A stretch of 19,639 nt of DNA from a virus (Duplodnaviria > Heunggongvirae > Uroviricota > Caudoviricetes): the IMG/VR virus record IMGVR_UViG_2700989171_000002; one strand, 5' to 3'. The notes below the pieces were generated by a model. It did no database searches, was not told the DNA's origin, and saw only the letters and a list, made by a program, of their open reading frames with translations. Positions 1 through 8,048 of this stretch are shown here, piece after piece. The translations under genes were made by a program, and so were the position numbers. Every line of letters begins with the position of its first letter. The first letter of the stretch is position 1.

Positions 1-42
1 GTAATGCGAAGGTCGTAGGTTCGACTCCTATTATCGGCACCA
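1..42 (+). tRNA. thrW: 3' portion of a tRNA gene (3' side of anticodon loop, T-arm, acceptor 3' strand, CCA), most likely tRNA-Thr(CGU); the 5' part lies outside the window
   Basis: GGTTCGACTCC at 19-29 is a canonical T-stem/loop, followed by an acceptor strand ending in CCA at 40-42. The leading GTAATGCG fits the 3' side of an anticodon loop with anticodon CGT. Assignment to thrW is from memory of the enterobacterial thrW sequence, not a search. Confidence 0.7.
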
Positions 43-56
43 TTTAAATCAATAAG

Positions 57-1217
57 TTACCTCGCATTTAAGTAAACCACGTTCTCCTCTTGTGCCGTAT
101 TTGTGCCATTGCGACTTATAATCGCATCGATTTTGCTTGCGTGCTCGGTGAGATGCCCGGCTGAAAGGTGGGCGTATCTTTGAACCATTTCGAGAGTTTC
201 CCATCCTCCCATCTCTTTAAGTGCAAGAAGAGAGACACCGGACTGAACCAGCCAGCTTGCCCAGGTATGCCTCAGATCATGGAAGCGGAAGTTGCTAATG
301 CCTGCCCGCTTTAACGCTCCCTTCCATGCCTTGTTGCTGTCGGTTCTCATCTTCCTTACCGCTGCTGTTTTTGTTCCGTCGCTTCGGTAGGCAGGTTTGG
401 TGTGGACAAATACCCATCTCTTATGGAGCCCCTGCTGTTTTCTTAATATCTGGCATGCGGTTTCGTTAAGAGGAACTCCGATCGCATTGCCAGCTTTTGT
501 TTCATCAGGGTGCATCCATGCCATTTTCTTATCCAGATCGACCTGTGACCACTCAAGGTCTGTAACGTTGGAACGGCGAAGGCCTGTCGTGATTGCAAAC
601 ATGACCACAGGGAAGAAGTGAGGAGCAATTTCTGCAAACAGGCGCTTCGATTCCTCCTCTGTAAGCCATCTGATGCGTCCATTCTTAACGCGTGGTGTTG
701 ATATTTTGGGTGCCCTGTCAAGCCATCCCCATTCAACAGCCATATTGAGAATGGCGCGAAGTATTGCCAGATGCCTCGTCTTCGTTCCTTTGCTTGCAAG
801 CTTTGGTTTATACTCCGGCACCGGATTGCCAAGTCGCAAACACCTGTCCCGGCTCATCTCCCAGTTCAGGCGATGGCGGCGGTTTTCCATCCCGTCTACC
901 GCCTCCATTATTTTTTCTGTTGTTATGTCAGAGAGAATGGCTTCTCTGAAGTGCAACATCCAGAACGATATAATGCTCTTGTCATCATCAATGGACTTCT
1001 TATCCGATTTCTCACGCAGCCACCGTATGCAGGCTTCCTTGAATAGCTTTTTCGGTGATTCCCCGAGATTTTTTACTCTCCACGCTTCTGCTTTCAGACG
1101 ATCGTGAAGTTCTTGCGCTTGCCTTTTGTCCGATGTTTCAAGAGAGCGTCTAACTCTTGATCCATCTGGCGCGACGAAATCGCAGTGCCACGTGCCACCG
1201 CGTAGTTTGATTGACAT
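57..1217 (-). CDS. int: Tyrosine site-specific integrase, P22 Int-like
   Basis: 386-aa ORF with the C-terminal catalytic motifs of tyrosine recombinases (HDLRHTWAS, then RYAHL with the nucleophile Tyr). N-terminal and central regions resemble P22 Int from memory. Its stop codon sits 15 nt from the tRNA 3' end. Confidence 0.93.
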   Translation of the reverse strand: MSIKLRGGTWHCDFVAPDGSRVRRSLETSDKRQAQELHDRLKAEAWRVKNLGESPKKLFKEACIRWLREKSDKKSIDDDKSIISFWMLHFREAILSDITTEKIMEAVDGMENRRHRLNWEMSRDRCLRLGNPVPEYKPKLASKGTKTRHLAILRAILNMAVEWGWLDRAPKISTPRVKNGRIRWLTEEESKRLFAEIAPHFFPVVMFAITTGLRRSNVTDLEWSQVDLDKKMAWMHPDETKAGNAIGVPLNETACQILRKQQGLHKRWVFVHTKPAYRSDGTKTAAVRKMRTDSNKAWKGALKRAGISNFRFHDLRHTWASWLVQSGVSLLALKEMGGWETLEMVQRYAHLSAGHLTEHASKIDAIISRNGTNTAQEENVVYLNAR

Positions 1218-1441
1218 GCTTTAACCTCCTGCACATCAACCGCATTCACCGCGCTATTGTGTCTCACAGACTTAAGCGCCGCAATGCAGTCTGACTTGCA
1301 AATGCGATATGGGCTTTTAGGTTTATCTGGATTTATCTTTGCGGCCTGAAGTCGTCCACTTCGTATCCACTGCGTGATAGTGCCTTTGTCTACCTTCAGA
1401 TACGACGCTGCCTCTTCACGAGTGAAGATTTCTTCTTCCAC
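1094..1441 (-). CDS. xis: Excisionase (HTH, AlpA/Xis-like), 115 aa
   Basis: ORF immediately upstream of int, GTG start at 1441 preceded by GGAG. N-terminal segment FTREEAASYLKVDKGTITQWIRSGRL is a typical excisionase helix-turn-helix. Overlaps int by about 124 nt in another frame; length matches P22 Xis (about 116 aa, from memory). Confidence 0.6.
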   Translation of the reverse strand: MEEEIFTREEAASYLKVDKGTITQWIRSGRLQAAKINPDKPKSPYRICKSDCIAALKSVRHNSAVNAVDVQEVKACQSNYAVARGTAISSRQMDQELDALLKHRTKGKRKNFTIV

Positions 1442-1531
1442 CTGGAATCTCCATTTATTGGATTGGTATTATTGCGGTAGGTCTGGATATCATTGAGCAA
1501 TGAACAGGCCTCATCGAGTATGAGGCTGTGG

Positions 1532-1876
1532 TTAGTCCTTGCGTAACTCGCTAATTCTTCTGTAAGTCTCTGGTGCTTTGTTTCCGTGTATCTTCATTTC
1601 AGACTTCAACAGATCAACGAGGGAATCCCATTCGTTGAGGATGCCTTTGAATGCCGGAACGCGCTTTGCAACCTTGTCGAATGAATCTCTGATTTCTGGG
1701 ATCTGCTCAACAAGTGCAACGCATCGTCTGAAATCGGCTGCGTCATGTGGAGCGCCGAAGTGATGACCATAGATATTCTTTTTCAGTCCACATGCGATTG
1801 AGGCAAGAGTTGCGCTACTGATGCCGACATCGCCAGTCGATTGCCATTTCAAAACCTTCATAGCCAAATCTGACAT
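1532..1876 (-). CDS. Hypothetical protein (114 aa), ea-region accessory gene
   Basis: Internal ATG at 1876 with GGAGA RBS chosen over the track start at 1903, which would lie inside the upstream terminator hairpin. No family recognised. Confidence 0.55.
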   Translation of the reverse strand: MSDLAMKVLKWQSTGDVGISSATLASIACGLKKNIYGHHFGAPHDAADFRRCVALVEQIPEIRDSFDKVAKRVPAFKGILNEWDSLVDLLKSEMKIHGNKAPETYRRISELRKD

Positions 1877-1890
1877 TTCTTGTCTCCAAT

Positions 1891-1911
1891 AAAAAACCGC
1901 CATCAGGCGGC
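1891..1911 (-). terminator. Rho-independent terminator-like hairpin (minus-strand RNA CCGCC-UGAU-GGCGG followed by a U6 tract)
   Basis: Plus strand reads AAAAAACCGCCATCAGGCGG; on the minus strand this is a GC stem followed by UUUUUU. It sits between the zinc-ribbon gene and the 114-aa gene. Confidence 0.5.
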
Positions 1912-1976
1912 TTGGTGTTCTTTCAGTTCTTCAAATCGAATATTGGTTACATTGTTTTCATATATGAATAAATAAA

Positions 1977-2156
1977 TTAGCTTTTTTCGTTGCCTTCGCG
2001 TTCTTTATTAATTTTGACAAACTCGTTTTTACCACGCTCTCCAAATGCGTCTTTAGAGTCGTTGTATCCGCAATCGCAGCACACATAATCACCAGACCAT
2101 CCACGCATTGTTTTTTCTTTTGCAATATTTCCAGAACCGCATTTTGGACAAGACAT
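1977..2156 (-). CDS. Small zinc-ribbon protein (59 aa; CPxCG...CxxCG)
   Basis: Internal ATG at 2156 with GGAGG RBS about 7 nt upstream. Two Cys pairs (CPKCG and CCDCG) typical of a C4 zinc ribbon. Flanked upstream by a markedly AT-rich stretch. Confidence 0.55.
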   Translation of the reverse strand: MSCPKCGSGNIAKEKTMRGWSGDYVCCDCGYNDSKDAFGERGKNEFVKINKEREGNEKS

Positions 2157-2252
2157 ATCACTACCTCCAAAGCATGAGTGAGATGACAACGTAACATTGA
2201 TTGGAGATTAACAATAGATTGCTGATGTAAAAGATATGTATAAGCTTCGCTT

Positions 2253-2927
2253 TCAAAGTGGAGGCTCTGGTAGCGGCATCCAGTGAGTTACGTCATCCAA
2301 GATATATCCTGATAAATACGTGAAAGCTCTATATTTTTTGTAATCAATTGGATTTGCAACCCAGTTCCAATATGCGGCCACGATTTCACCTTGACTAAAT
2401 GCCAGTAACATTTTGGTGTCTTCCGGCATTCGATCACTACAGCTTATCCAACCATCAGGAGTTACCGGAGAGTTGCCACCGGGAATATTTTCCGGAATAT
2501 TTTGTTGTGCGTTTTGTGGTTGTTCGGATTTACCCTGAAGCATGGCGGCGCGGCAGGCGTTCCAGCCAGCTGTTCGCCCAAGCGCGTAAACTTCAGATGG
2601 CTCAAGATAATCAATGTCATGCCCATCCTCATCGTCGTTCTCAGGTAATGCAGCAGGTACTACCGGTACTGGCGGAGCGGCGTAGACTTCAATAATCCCA
2701 TTATCAATAGGCCATTCCCCATCCTTGATGTAGTCACTTGTGCCGTCAACTTGCTGTTCTGCAATGTGGAATGCGCCAATAGGCTCTGCTTCCAGCGATG
2801 CCAGTGCAATACGCAGGGCAGCCAGGATATTCCCCTGGTAATCATCAAGCCCGAAAGGAAGCTCATCACGAACGCTTTCATAATCGTTGATAGCCTGCTG
2901 CAGCCATTCTCTTGTGATAGTGCTCAT
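2253..2927 (-). CDS. Hypothetical phage protein with C-terminal DUF551-like domain
   Basis: 224-aa ORF; C-terminal segment WISCSDRMPED...THWMPLPEPP resembles the DUF551 domain common in lambdoid ea-region proteins (from memory). Confidence 0.75.
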   Translation of the reverse strand: MSTITREWLQQAINDYESVRDELPFGLDDYQGNILAALRIALASLEAEPIGAFHIAEQQVDGTSDYIKDGEWPIDNGIIEVYAAPPVPVVPAALPENDDEDGHDIDYLEPSEVYALGRTAGWNACRAAMLQGKSEQPQNAQQNIPENIPGGNSPVTPDGWISCSDRMPEDTKMLLAFSQGEIVAAYWNWVANPIDYKKYRAFTYLSGYILDDVTHWMPLPEPPL

Positions 2928-3496
2928 GATGCCTCTCCTTTACATGCTTCGGTGACGTTTATTCCAGCGTTGTGCAGTGCCTCAAGAACCTGATGCTGCC
3001 TGTAAACCATTTCAGTGTGGTAAGGCTCGTCAAAATCGACGCGATGCAACATGCTATAGCATTGCGGAAGCACAACCTCCCGCGCCTCCAGTTCAGCGAT
3101 GCGCTTCTCTGCGGCTTCTGTTTTTCTCCTTAACGCCTCGCTACAACCATCAGCTTTTCGGATTGCTAACTCCAAGTGTTTATTCAGCGCTTCTGCGGCT
3201 TCCAGCTCAACGCGCAGCTTCCCTACCGTTAGCGCAATTTCCTCGTTCTCCTGGTCGCGGGATTTGATGTATTGCTGGTTTCTTTCCAGCTCATCCAGCA
3301 GCGCCAAGACGGTAGCGGGATTGGCTGCGGCGATGAAAGCAGCATCACGCGATTCGTTTTCACTGAACACCATAGCTATTTGCTCATGGTTCACGCCGTC
3401 AGTGGAGTAAATCTCATCGTCGAATTCAACAGCCCACTGACCTTTCGTAGCCTTCTCTGCGGCCTCACGCAGTGCCTGGTAATTAATCTCGCTCAC
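2924..3496 (-). CDS. Ead/Ea22-like coiled-coil protein
   Basis: 190-aa ORF with GTG start at 3496 preceded by AAGGAGG. Coiled-coil-rich middle region; resembles Ead/Ea22-family proteins of lambdoid early-left regions (from memory). Confidence 0.7.
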   Translation of the reverse strand: MSEINYQALREAAEKATKGQWAVEFDDEIYSTDGVNHEQIAMVFSENESRDAAFIAAANPATVLALLDELERNQQYIKSRDQENEEIALTVGKLRVELEAAEALNKHLELAIRKADGCSEALRRKTEAAEKRIAELEAREVVLPQCYSMLHRVDFDEPYHTEMVYRQHQVLEALHNAGINVTEACKGEAS

Positions 3497-3508
3497 TGGT
3501 TGCCTCCT

Positions 3509-3661
3509 TTACGCCACATCGCATTCAGATATTTGTTTTGATTCACTGATGGAAAAGAATTTCTCTTAAGCAATTCCTCTCTCGATGGCATTGGCTTTAC
3601 GCGTTGGCGAATAATCATTTCTGCCGGAAGAATGCCGGGATTGTATGCAAGTCCTCTCATG
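3509..3661 (-). CDS. Possible small ORF (50 aa), hypothetical
   Basis: Hand translation [50 protein letters not shown] with an AGAGGA-type RBS. Fills the gap between neighbouring genes; below the ORF-track cutoff. Confidence 0.3.
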
Positions 3662-3676
3662 GTAAATTCCTCTTTG

Positions 3677-3991
3677 TTAATTTATTCGTATGCCTGCTCT
3701 TTCTTCATCGAGTTTTTTTAGCTTGTATCGCATAGCTCTTACTGAATAAATTGAGCGGCAGGTTGCAATTGCTATTTCTTCTGCGGAGAACTTACCGAAA
3801 AGTGATACTTCGGCTCTTGTCCATCGTCTTCCACGAAGTCGGCTAACAATGTCAGCGCCAATCCTTGTTGCTTTCGCCATTACTGCTTTTTCAGTCCTTT
3901 CCAGTTTTTCTGCGATAACTTCAACTGGCATTGTCGCCGCTACCTCGCGCAAGAAATCGACTTCCCATTTCTCCCATGGAGTCTTTTTCAT
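3677..3991 (-). CDS. Hypothetical protein (104 aa) with two internal W-x3-EV-x2-L repeats; in the position P22 abc2 occupies downstream of its recombinase
   Basis: Track ORF. Tandem repeat noticed by eye (WEKWEVDFL and WTRAEVSLF). Positional analogy only. Confidence 0.6.
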   Translation of the reverse strand: MKKTPWEKWEVDFLREVAATMPVEVIAEKLERTEKAVMAKATRIGADIVSRLRGRRWTRAEVSLFGKFSAEEIAIATCRSIYSVRAMRYKLKKLDEERAGIRIN

Positions 3992-4002
3992 AGGCGATAC
4001 CG

Positions 4003-4491
4003 TTATTTGATAAGAAGTGAAGGTTTCCCAACTTTGAGTTGAGCACCGGGGATATTTATTCCTGCTTTTAGTTGGTGTTTGATTGCCAGTTTGTCGGCTT
4101 TAATTGTCGTTTCGAACTCAACGTATTCAGGAGGAAGGGCGCTTGAGTCGATGATTTCTACAGTTTCTGACGGTTTGCGGATTGTTACCTGGTGAATACC
4201 TGCTCGAATCTTTTTCTTGCCAACCATTTCAAGCGATGACGCTATATACGCCATAATGCTGTCAATCTTATTTTGAATTACTGCGGCTCGCTCATTTAGT
4301 GACTTTGCCTCGTCCTTGAGGCGTTCAGCATAACCATATTCATTTTTAATAATGGCAAGAAGTTGCTCTATTTTATCGGTAAATTCTCCTTCCATGCCTT
4401 CTATTGTGTCAGCAATCATCTCTGGCTCTAAATCTGAATCCATCAGCTTTGCGTATTCATTGGCTATTTCATACAGTTTGCTCACTGGCAA
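4003..4491 (-). CDS. Gp157-family / Gam-like protein accompanying the RecT recombinase
   Basis: 162-aa ORF overlapping the recT 3' end (translational coupling). Sequence resembles the Siphovirus Gp157 family often found next to RecT (from memory; uncertain). Confidence 0.55.
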   Translation of the reverse strand: MPVSKLYEIANEYAKLMDSDLEPEMIADTIEGMEGEFTDKIEQLLAIIKNEYGYAERLKDEAKSLNERAAVIQNKIDSIMAYIASSLEMVGKKKIRAGIHQVTIRKPSETVEIIDSSALPPEYVEFETTIKADKLAIKHQLKAGINIPGAQLKVGKPSLLIK

Positions 4492-5371
4492 CCTCCAGTT
4501 TCGCTTTGCATTCTATGTAAATGGCTTGTACGTTCTGCTGCAATTTCATTCCAGATGTCAGGCGATATGCTTCTGCAAAATATCGCTTCAAATCATCCAT
4601 GTTTTCTGCCTGAGCCATTTCATCGCAAAGAAGTTGTGCTTTATCCATTATTTCCTGCTGGCGTTTCCGTTCATCTTCGCGGATATCTTCCTCTGATTTG
4701 TGCGGCATAACTGGTTCCTGATGCATACCTTCATCTTCGTTAAGCAGGTGAATGGCATTATCCAGTCGCTGGGCTTTAGGCCAGTATTTGCTGGCGCGTT
4801 TAACTATTGTTTTACGCGCCATCTCTTCCCAGAATGTTTTCCACGGTCCATTCTTTGCCTTGCTCGTTGCTTCCACAGCTTTAATTTCTGCCAGACTCAT
4901 TTCTTCAGTCAGGTAGTCACCATCTGCTGTTTTAACCGTGCAATAACCTCCAACAATAGAGCCTCGCTCACCAAATGCGTTGTATTTGTGGGTTGGTGCT
5001 GAATCAAGGCCATTTGATTCATAGGTGTCGTTTGAGTACACCAGTTTGCATTGCCCCCACTTAATTGATCCTGTCGATTGCGCAAGATGAAGTAATCCCA
5101 TGTAACTGATATCAAGGCACACCATGCCGTCGCGAGGAACCAGATAAGCCAGTTTGCTGGCCGGGTTTAAGGTGATGCCGATCGCCGCAACATTGATGAT
5201 GGCGTTCTGTGCGCTGGTTGGATTTGCCAGTGCTGTTTTAGCCAGGTAATCGTTTTTCTGGAAATACTGAATTGCAAACTGGCTTTCCTTAGCCCATGTC
5301 ACCGTCTGTTCAGTCAATGCTCCGCAGAATAACTGCTCCTGCTGTTTAACGAATTCAACGATATTGCTCAT
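4469..5371 (-). CDS. recT: RecT-family single-strand annealing protein
   Basis: 300-aa ORF. The motif NGPWKTFWEEMARKTIVKRASKYWP closely matches the conserved RecT segment NGPWVTHWEEMAKKTAIRRLFKYLP of Rac RecT (from memory). Confidence 0.9.
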   Translation of the reverse strand: MSNIVEFVKQQEQLFCGALTEQTVTWAKESQFAIQYFQKNDYLAKTALANPTSAQNAIINVAAIGITLNPASKLAYLVPRDGMVCLDISYMGLLHLAQSTGSIKWGQCKLVYSNDTYESNGLDSAPTHKYNAFGERGSIVGGYCTVKTADGDYLTEEMSLAEIKAVEATSKAKNGPWKTFWEEMARKTIVKRASKYWPKAQRLDNAIHLLNEDEGMHQEPVMPHKSEEDIREDERKRQQEIMDKAQLLCDEMAQAENMDDLKRYFAEAYRLTSGMKLQQNVQAIYIECKAKLEVASEQTV

Positions 5372-5679
5372 GCAGCTTCTCCAAAAATGTGTCTGCGTTT
5401 GAATATTGCGAAGGCATATTCAGCCTTAACTCTTTCGGTTATTGCATCCCAGAACCATTCAGCGGCTTTTTCCTGATAGTTACAGTCATCATCTTCCAGC
5501 CAGTCGATAGCGTCCTTAGTGTGTTCATCTGGTTTATATGAGCGAAGCATTTCGCTTATTGGGTCGCAACGTTTGCAGAGGCGATCAACTTCACTGTTGA
5601 TTCGTTCGTAATCATCATCGGTAAAACTTGCGATGATTTGCGATATTTCACGCTTATCATTCAGAGTCAGAATCATCAT
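5368..5679 (-). CDS. Hypothetical early protein (103 aa), in the kil/arf position between cIII and the recombinase
   Basis: Track ORF with RBS; overlaps the recT start (ATGA-type coupling). No family recognised. Confidence 0.6.
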   Translation of the reverse strand: MMILTLNDKREISQIIASFTDDDYERINSEVDRLCKRCDPISEMLRSYKPDEHTKDAIDWLEDDDCNYQEKAAEWFWDAITERVKAEYAFAIFKRRHIFGEAA

Positions 5680-5760
5680 CTTTCTCCTGTTCTTTGTGCT
5701 GATTGAGCATTTTGTTCATCTGACGAATGAATTCTTCGTCTGACCAGTTATCTGTAAAAC

Positions 5761-5931
5761 TCATGGACGGCCTTGTTGTTTCAAAATATCCCAAAGCTTT
5801 TCGAGCAAACTTTTCATTCTTGGTTGTTTAAAGTCTGCTCCGGTTAAAATATTTTTTCGTGAATGCTGTACCGATAAAATTGGGTTGAAAGGGCGAACCG
5901 ATGCCGCCCCTGCAATAGCGAACTGTTGCAT
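5761..5931 (-). CDS. cIII: CIII-like protein (56 aa), probable FtsH inhibitor
   Basis: Internal start MQQFAIAG at 5931 with AAGGAG RBS. The N-terminal MQ-AIAG and C-terminal SLLEKLWDILKQQGRP parallel lambda CIII (MQYAIAG...SLLERI...LIDILNQPGVP, from memory). Confidence 0.6.
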   Translation of the reverse strand: MQQFAIAGAASVRPFNPILSVQHSRKNILTGADFKQPRMKSLLEKLWDILKQQGRP

Positions 5932-6157
5932 AGGATGCTCCTTCTGTTTGATTGCATAACGAAAACGCCTCGAATGAAGCGTTATTGGTATGCATATAAA
6001 AAAGCCCTCACACTGGAGGGCAAAGAAGATTTCCAATAATCAGAACAAGTCGGCTCCTGTTTAGTTACGAGCGACATTGCTCCGTGTATTCACTCGTTGG
6101 AATGAATACACAGTGCAGTGTTTATTCTGTTATTTATGCCAAAAATAAAGGCCACTA

Positions 6158-6255
6158 TCAGGCAGCTTTGTTGTTCTGTTTACCAAGTTCTCTGGCAATC
6201 ATTGCCGTCGTTCGTATTGTCCACTCCATTGATTCTTATCAATAGTCGTAGTCAT
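6158..6255 (-). pseudogene. ral: ral (restriction alleviation) remnant with a frame-shifting internal deletion
   Basis: Minus strand encodes MTTTIDKNQWSGQYER then a stop. Shifted by one frame, the same DNA ends in RTTAMIARELGKQNNKAA followed by a stop. These match the N- and C-termini of lambda Ral (MTTTIDKNQWCGQFKR...RTTAMIARELGKQNNKAA, from memory) with roughly 100 nt missing between them. Confidence 0.6.
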
Positions 6256-6325
6256 AAGGATAGTCCTGGTATTGTTCCATCACATCCTGAGGATGCTCTT
6301 CGAACTCTTCAAATTCTTCTTCCAT
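6239..6325 (-). CDS. Possible micro-ORF encoding a highly acidic 28-aa peptide (MEEEFEEFEEHPQDVMEQYQDYPYDYDY)
   Basis: ATG at 6325 preceded by GAGGTGA. Ends overlapping the ral start. Very short, so speculative. Confidence 0.3.
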   Translation of the reverse strand: MEEEFEEFEEHPQDVMEQYQDYPYDYDY

Positions 6326-6387
6326 ATCTCACCTCAAATAAGTGGTTTGCTGCCAAAACAATGAACCATCCGGAAATTCCAGATAGT

Positions 6388-6615
6388 TCATAATTCACTC
6401 TTCAATACTTCCAACTTACTAATAGCCGATAGATATCCGCGCTGATAAGGCATCATCATTCCTTCGAGCTTGCCACTTCTTAACTCCTCCCTGAGCAATT
6501 GTATTGCTTGATCAATAACCTCTGCCTTAGCGTCCTTTATGGCTTGCTTGCGGGGCTTTGCTTTCTGCTTTGGCAGATTTCTCAAGCATGATGGAATGTA
6601 TGTCTGATTCATCAC
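6388..6615 (-). CDS. Hypothetical early protein (75 aa) immediately downstream of N
   Basis: Track ORF, start abutting the N stop. No family recognised. Confidence 0.55.
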   Translation of the reverse strand: MMNQTYIPSCLRNLPKQKAKPRKQAIKDAKAEVIDQAIQLLREELRSGKLEGMMMPYQRGYLSAISKLEVLKSEL

Positions 6616-6924
6616 TTACCTGGCTGTCAGTTGTTTTGATTTCCGGTAGCCTGCCGCGTAAAGAGCTACGTTTGGCAGGCAAATACTTCCACTGCATTCG
6701 TCGGTATTTTGGTTACGAATGTTGCCGAGTGATATTGCTTTTTCAGAAAGGATTAAACGTTTTCTCGGGGCTTCCTGAACAGGTTCCTCACTGTCTGTGC
6801 CGAAGATCGAATCGATGATGTTGCATATAGCATCACGCTCGATAGCCAGCTTTCTGCGCCGCTCATGACGGCGAGTTTTGGCATTTCCTGCAAATGTTGA
6901 TTTCCCGTACACGATTACCGTCAT
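6616..6924 (-). CDS. N: Antitermination protein N (P22 gene 24-like) with arginine-rich motif
   Basis: Internal ATG at 6924 with GAGGA RBS. N-terminal GNAKTRRHERRRKLAIERD is the arginine-rich boxB-binding motif of P22-type N. Located about 120 nt downstream of nutL. Confidence 0.85.
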   Translation of the reverse strand: MTVIVYGKSTFAGNAKTRRHERRRKLAIERDAICNIIDSIFGTDSEEPVQEAPRKRLILSEKAISLGNIRNQNTDECSGSICLPNVALYAAGYRKSKQLTAR

Positions 6925-7043
6925 GATATTTTCCTCATGTGAAATGGCTTTGGTGGTGATGCGCCAGGTGCTGATCTTCTGGTTGCTGTCGTTGCAGCTG
7001 CAATTCACATCACCGCCAAACCCATCTCGTTTGGTATCTGTTT

Positions 7044-7078
7044 GCGCTTTGTCAGCGCCCCATCGAAGTTAAAGAGCC
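7044..7078 (-). promoter_or_regulatory. nutL site: boxA (GGCTCTTTAA) plus boxB hairpin (GCGCUGACAAAGCGC)
   Basis: Minus-strand sequence reads GGCTCTTTAACTTCGATGGGGCGCTGACAAAGCGC. boxB is a perfect 4-bp GC stem with a 7-nt loop matching the P22 nutL boxB as remembered. Confidence 0.8.
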
Positions 7079-7123
7079 TGCCAATCTGTTCCGTTTGGCT
7101 TCCAGCTTCCTGCTGATGGCTAA

Positions 7124-7152
7124 ATAGTACGATGTGTACTTTATTGAGTCAA
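7124..7152 (-). promoter_or_regulatory. pL promoter (-35 TTGACT, 17-nt spacer, -10 TACTAT) with overlapping operator palindrome AGTAC-N5-GTACT (7126-7140)
   Basis: Read directly from the minus strand, correctly placed upstream of nutL and N. The palindrome overlaps the -10 and spacer, as expected for an OL1-type operator. Confidence 0.7.
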
Positions 7153-7214
7153 TACAAAATGTTCTAAATGTGGTTAGTTTTTTATAACACTTTGTATTTT
7201 ATTGATTTATATTT

Positions 7215-7245
7215 TGGAAAAAGAAAACCCGACGCTAAGGTCGGG
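7215..7245 (-). terminator. Rho-independent terminator downstream of the repressor gene (stem CCCGAC/GUCGGG followed by a U-rich tract)
   Basis: Plus strand reads GAAAAAGAAAACCCGACGCTAAGGTCGGGTT; on the minus strand this is a hairpin followed by UUUUCUUUUUC. Lies between the cI stop and the pL operators. Confidence 0.6.
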
Positions 7246-7277
7246 TTATTGTTGTGTGTTTTAGAGTGGTGAGGCTG

Positions 7278-7937
7278 TTAACTAAATGTCTCTTCAGGCC
7301 ACTGGCTGGCGATAACTTTCCCTACTACGGAACAGCTATCATTGCATGGGATCATTGGATATTGCGGGTTTAGTGGTTGTAGGAACACCTGACCGCTATC
7401 CCTGATCAGTTTCTTGAAGGTAAACTCGTCACCACCAAGTCTGGCTATGCAGAAATCACCTGGCTCAACAGCCTGCTCAGGGTCAACGAGAATTAACATC
7501 CCGTCAGGAAAGCTTGGCTTGGATCCTGTTGGTGCGGTCATGGAATTACCTTCAACTTCAAGCCAAAACGCACAATCACTGGCTTTTTTGGTTGTGCTGA
7601 CCCATCTCTCCGCATCACCTTTGGTAAAGGTTCTAAGCTCAGGCGAGAACATCCCGGCCTGAACATGAGAAAAAACAGGGTACTCATATTGTTTTTTAAC
7701 GGGGGCAGATGAGTATTCGCCAACAGGTGAAAATGTACCGTCGTGGTTGAATGAGACGTTATCAATACCAAGGTATTTAAACACCACACCAATCTCGTCA
7801 AGAGATGGATGACGAGATCCGCGCAACCAGTGACCAATTCCACCCTGCGTCATACCAAGCTCTTCAGCTAACTTCTCTTGAGTTATGCCGAGTTCTTTCA
7901 TTCTGGATCTAGCCAGTTCATACCATTTCATCTTCAT
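7278..7937 (-). CDS. cI: CI-type prophage repressor (N-terminal HTH, C-terminal S24/LexA-like autopeptidase domain)
   Basis: Internal ATG at 7937 with AAGGA RBS gives 219 aa. HTH segment [27 protein letters not shown]-terminal EGNSMTAP...FTFKKL...LNPQYPMI resembles P22 C2 and LexA (catalytic Ser in GNSM, Lys in FKKL). Confidence 0.9.
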   Translation of the reverse strand: MKMKWYELARSRMKELGITQEKLAEELGMTQGGIGHWLRGSRHPSLDEIGVVFKYLGIDNVSFNHDGTFSPVGEYSSAPVKKQYEYPVFSHVQAGMFSPELRTFTKGDAERWVSTTKKASDCAFWLEVEGNSMTAPTGSKPSFPDGMLILVDPEQAVEPGDFCIARLGGDEFTFKKLIRDSGQVFLQPLNPQYPMIPCNDSCSVVGKVIASQWPEETFS

Positions 7938-7993
7938 ATCCTTATTATTACGCTCTGTACTAAAACCATCCATGCACAAGATGTATTTTTTGT

Positions 7994-8022
7994 TTGCATT
8001 CCAAAAGTACATATCGTATTAT
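7994..8022 (+). promoter_or_regulatory. pR promoter (-35 TTGCAT, 17-nt spacer, -10 TATTAT) with overlapping operator-like palindrome AGTAC-N5-GTATT (8006-8020)
   Basis: Read directly; about 20 nt upstream of the cro start. The palindrome resembles the one at pL. Confidence 0.6.
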
Positions 8023-8048
8023 TGTTTCATGGTTACTATGGAGGGCAT

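Noticed and set aside
397-1107. Several ORFs in the track nested within or antisense to int (397..621 +, 443..832 -, 673..1107 +, 764..949 +, 771..1046 +)
   Set aside because: They lie entirely inside the well-supported integrase gene in other frames or on the other strand, have no RBS context, and show no recognisable features. Treated as chance ORFs.
1505-1527. 7-bp hairpin (GCCTCAT-CGAGT-ATGAGGC) downstream of the 114-aa gene, considered as a terminator or sib-like retroregulator
   Set aside because: No adjacent U tract on either strand; cannot be distinguished from a chance inverted repeat without experimental data.
6118-6393. 91-aa plus-strand ORF between cIII and N
   Set aside because: The minus strand here is better explained by the ral remnant and the acidic micro-ORF; the plus-strand ORF is antisense to the pL operon and hydrophobic/low-complexity.
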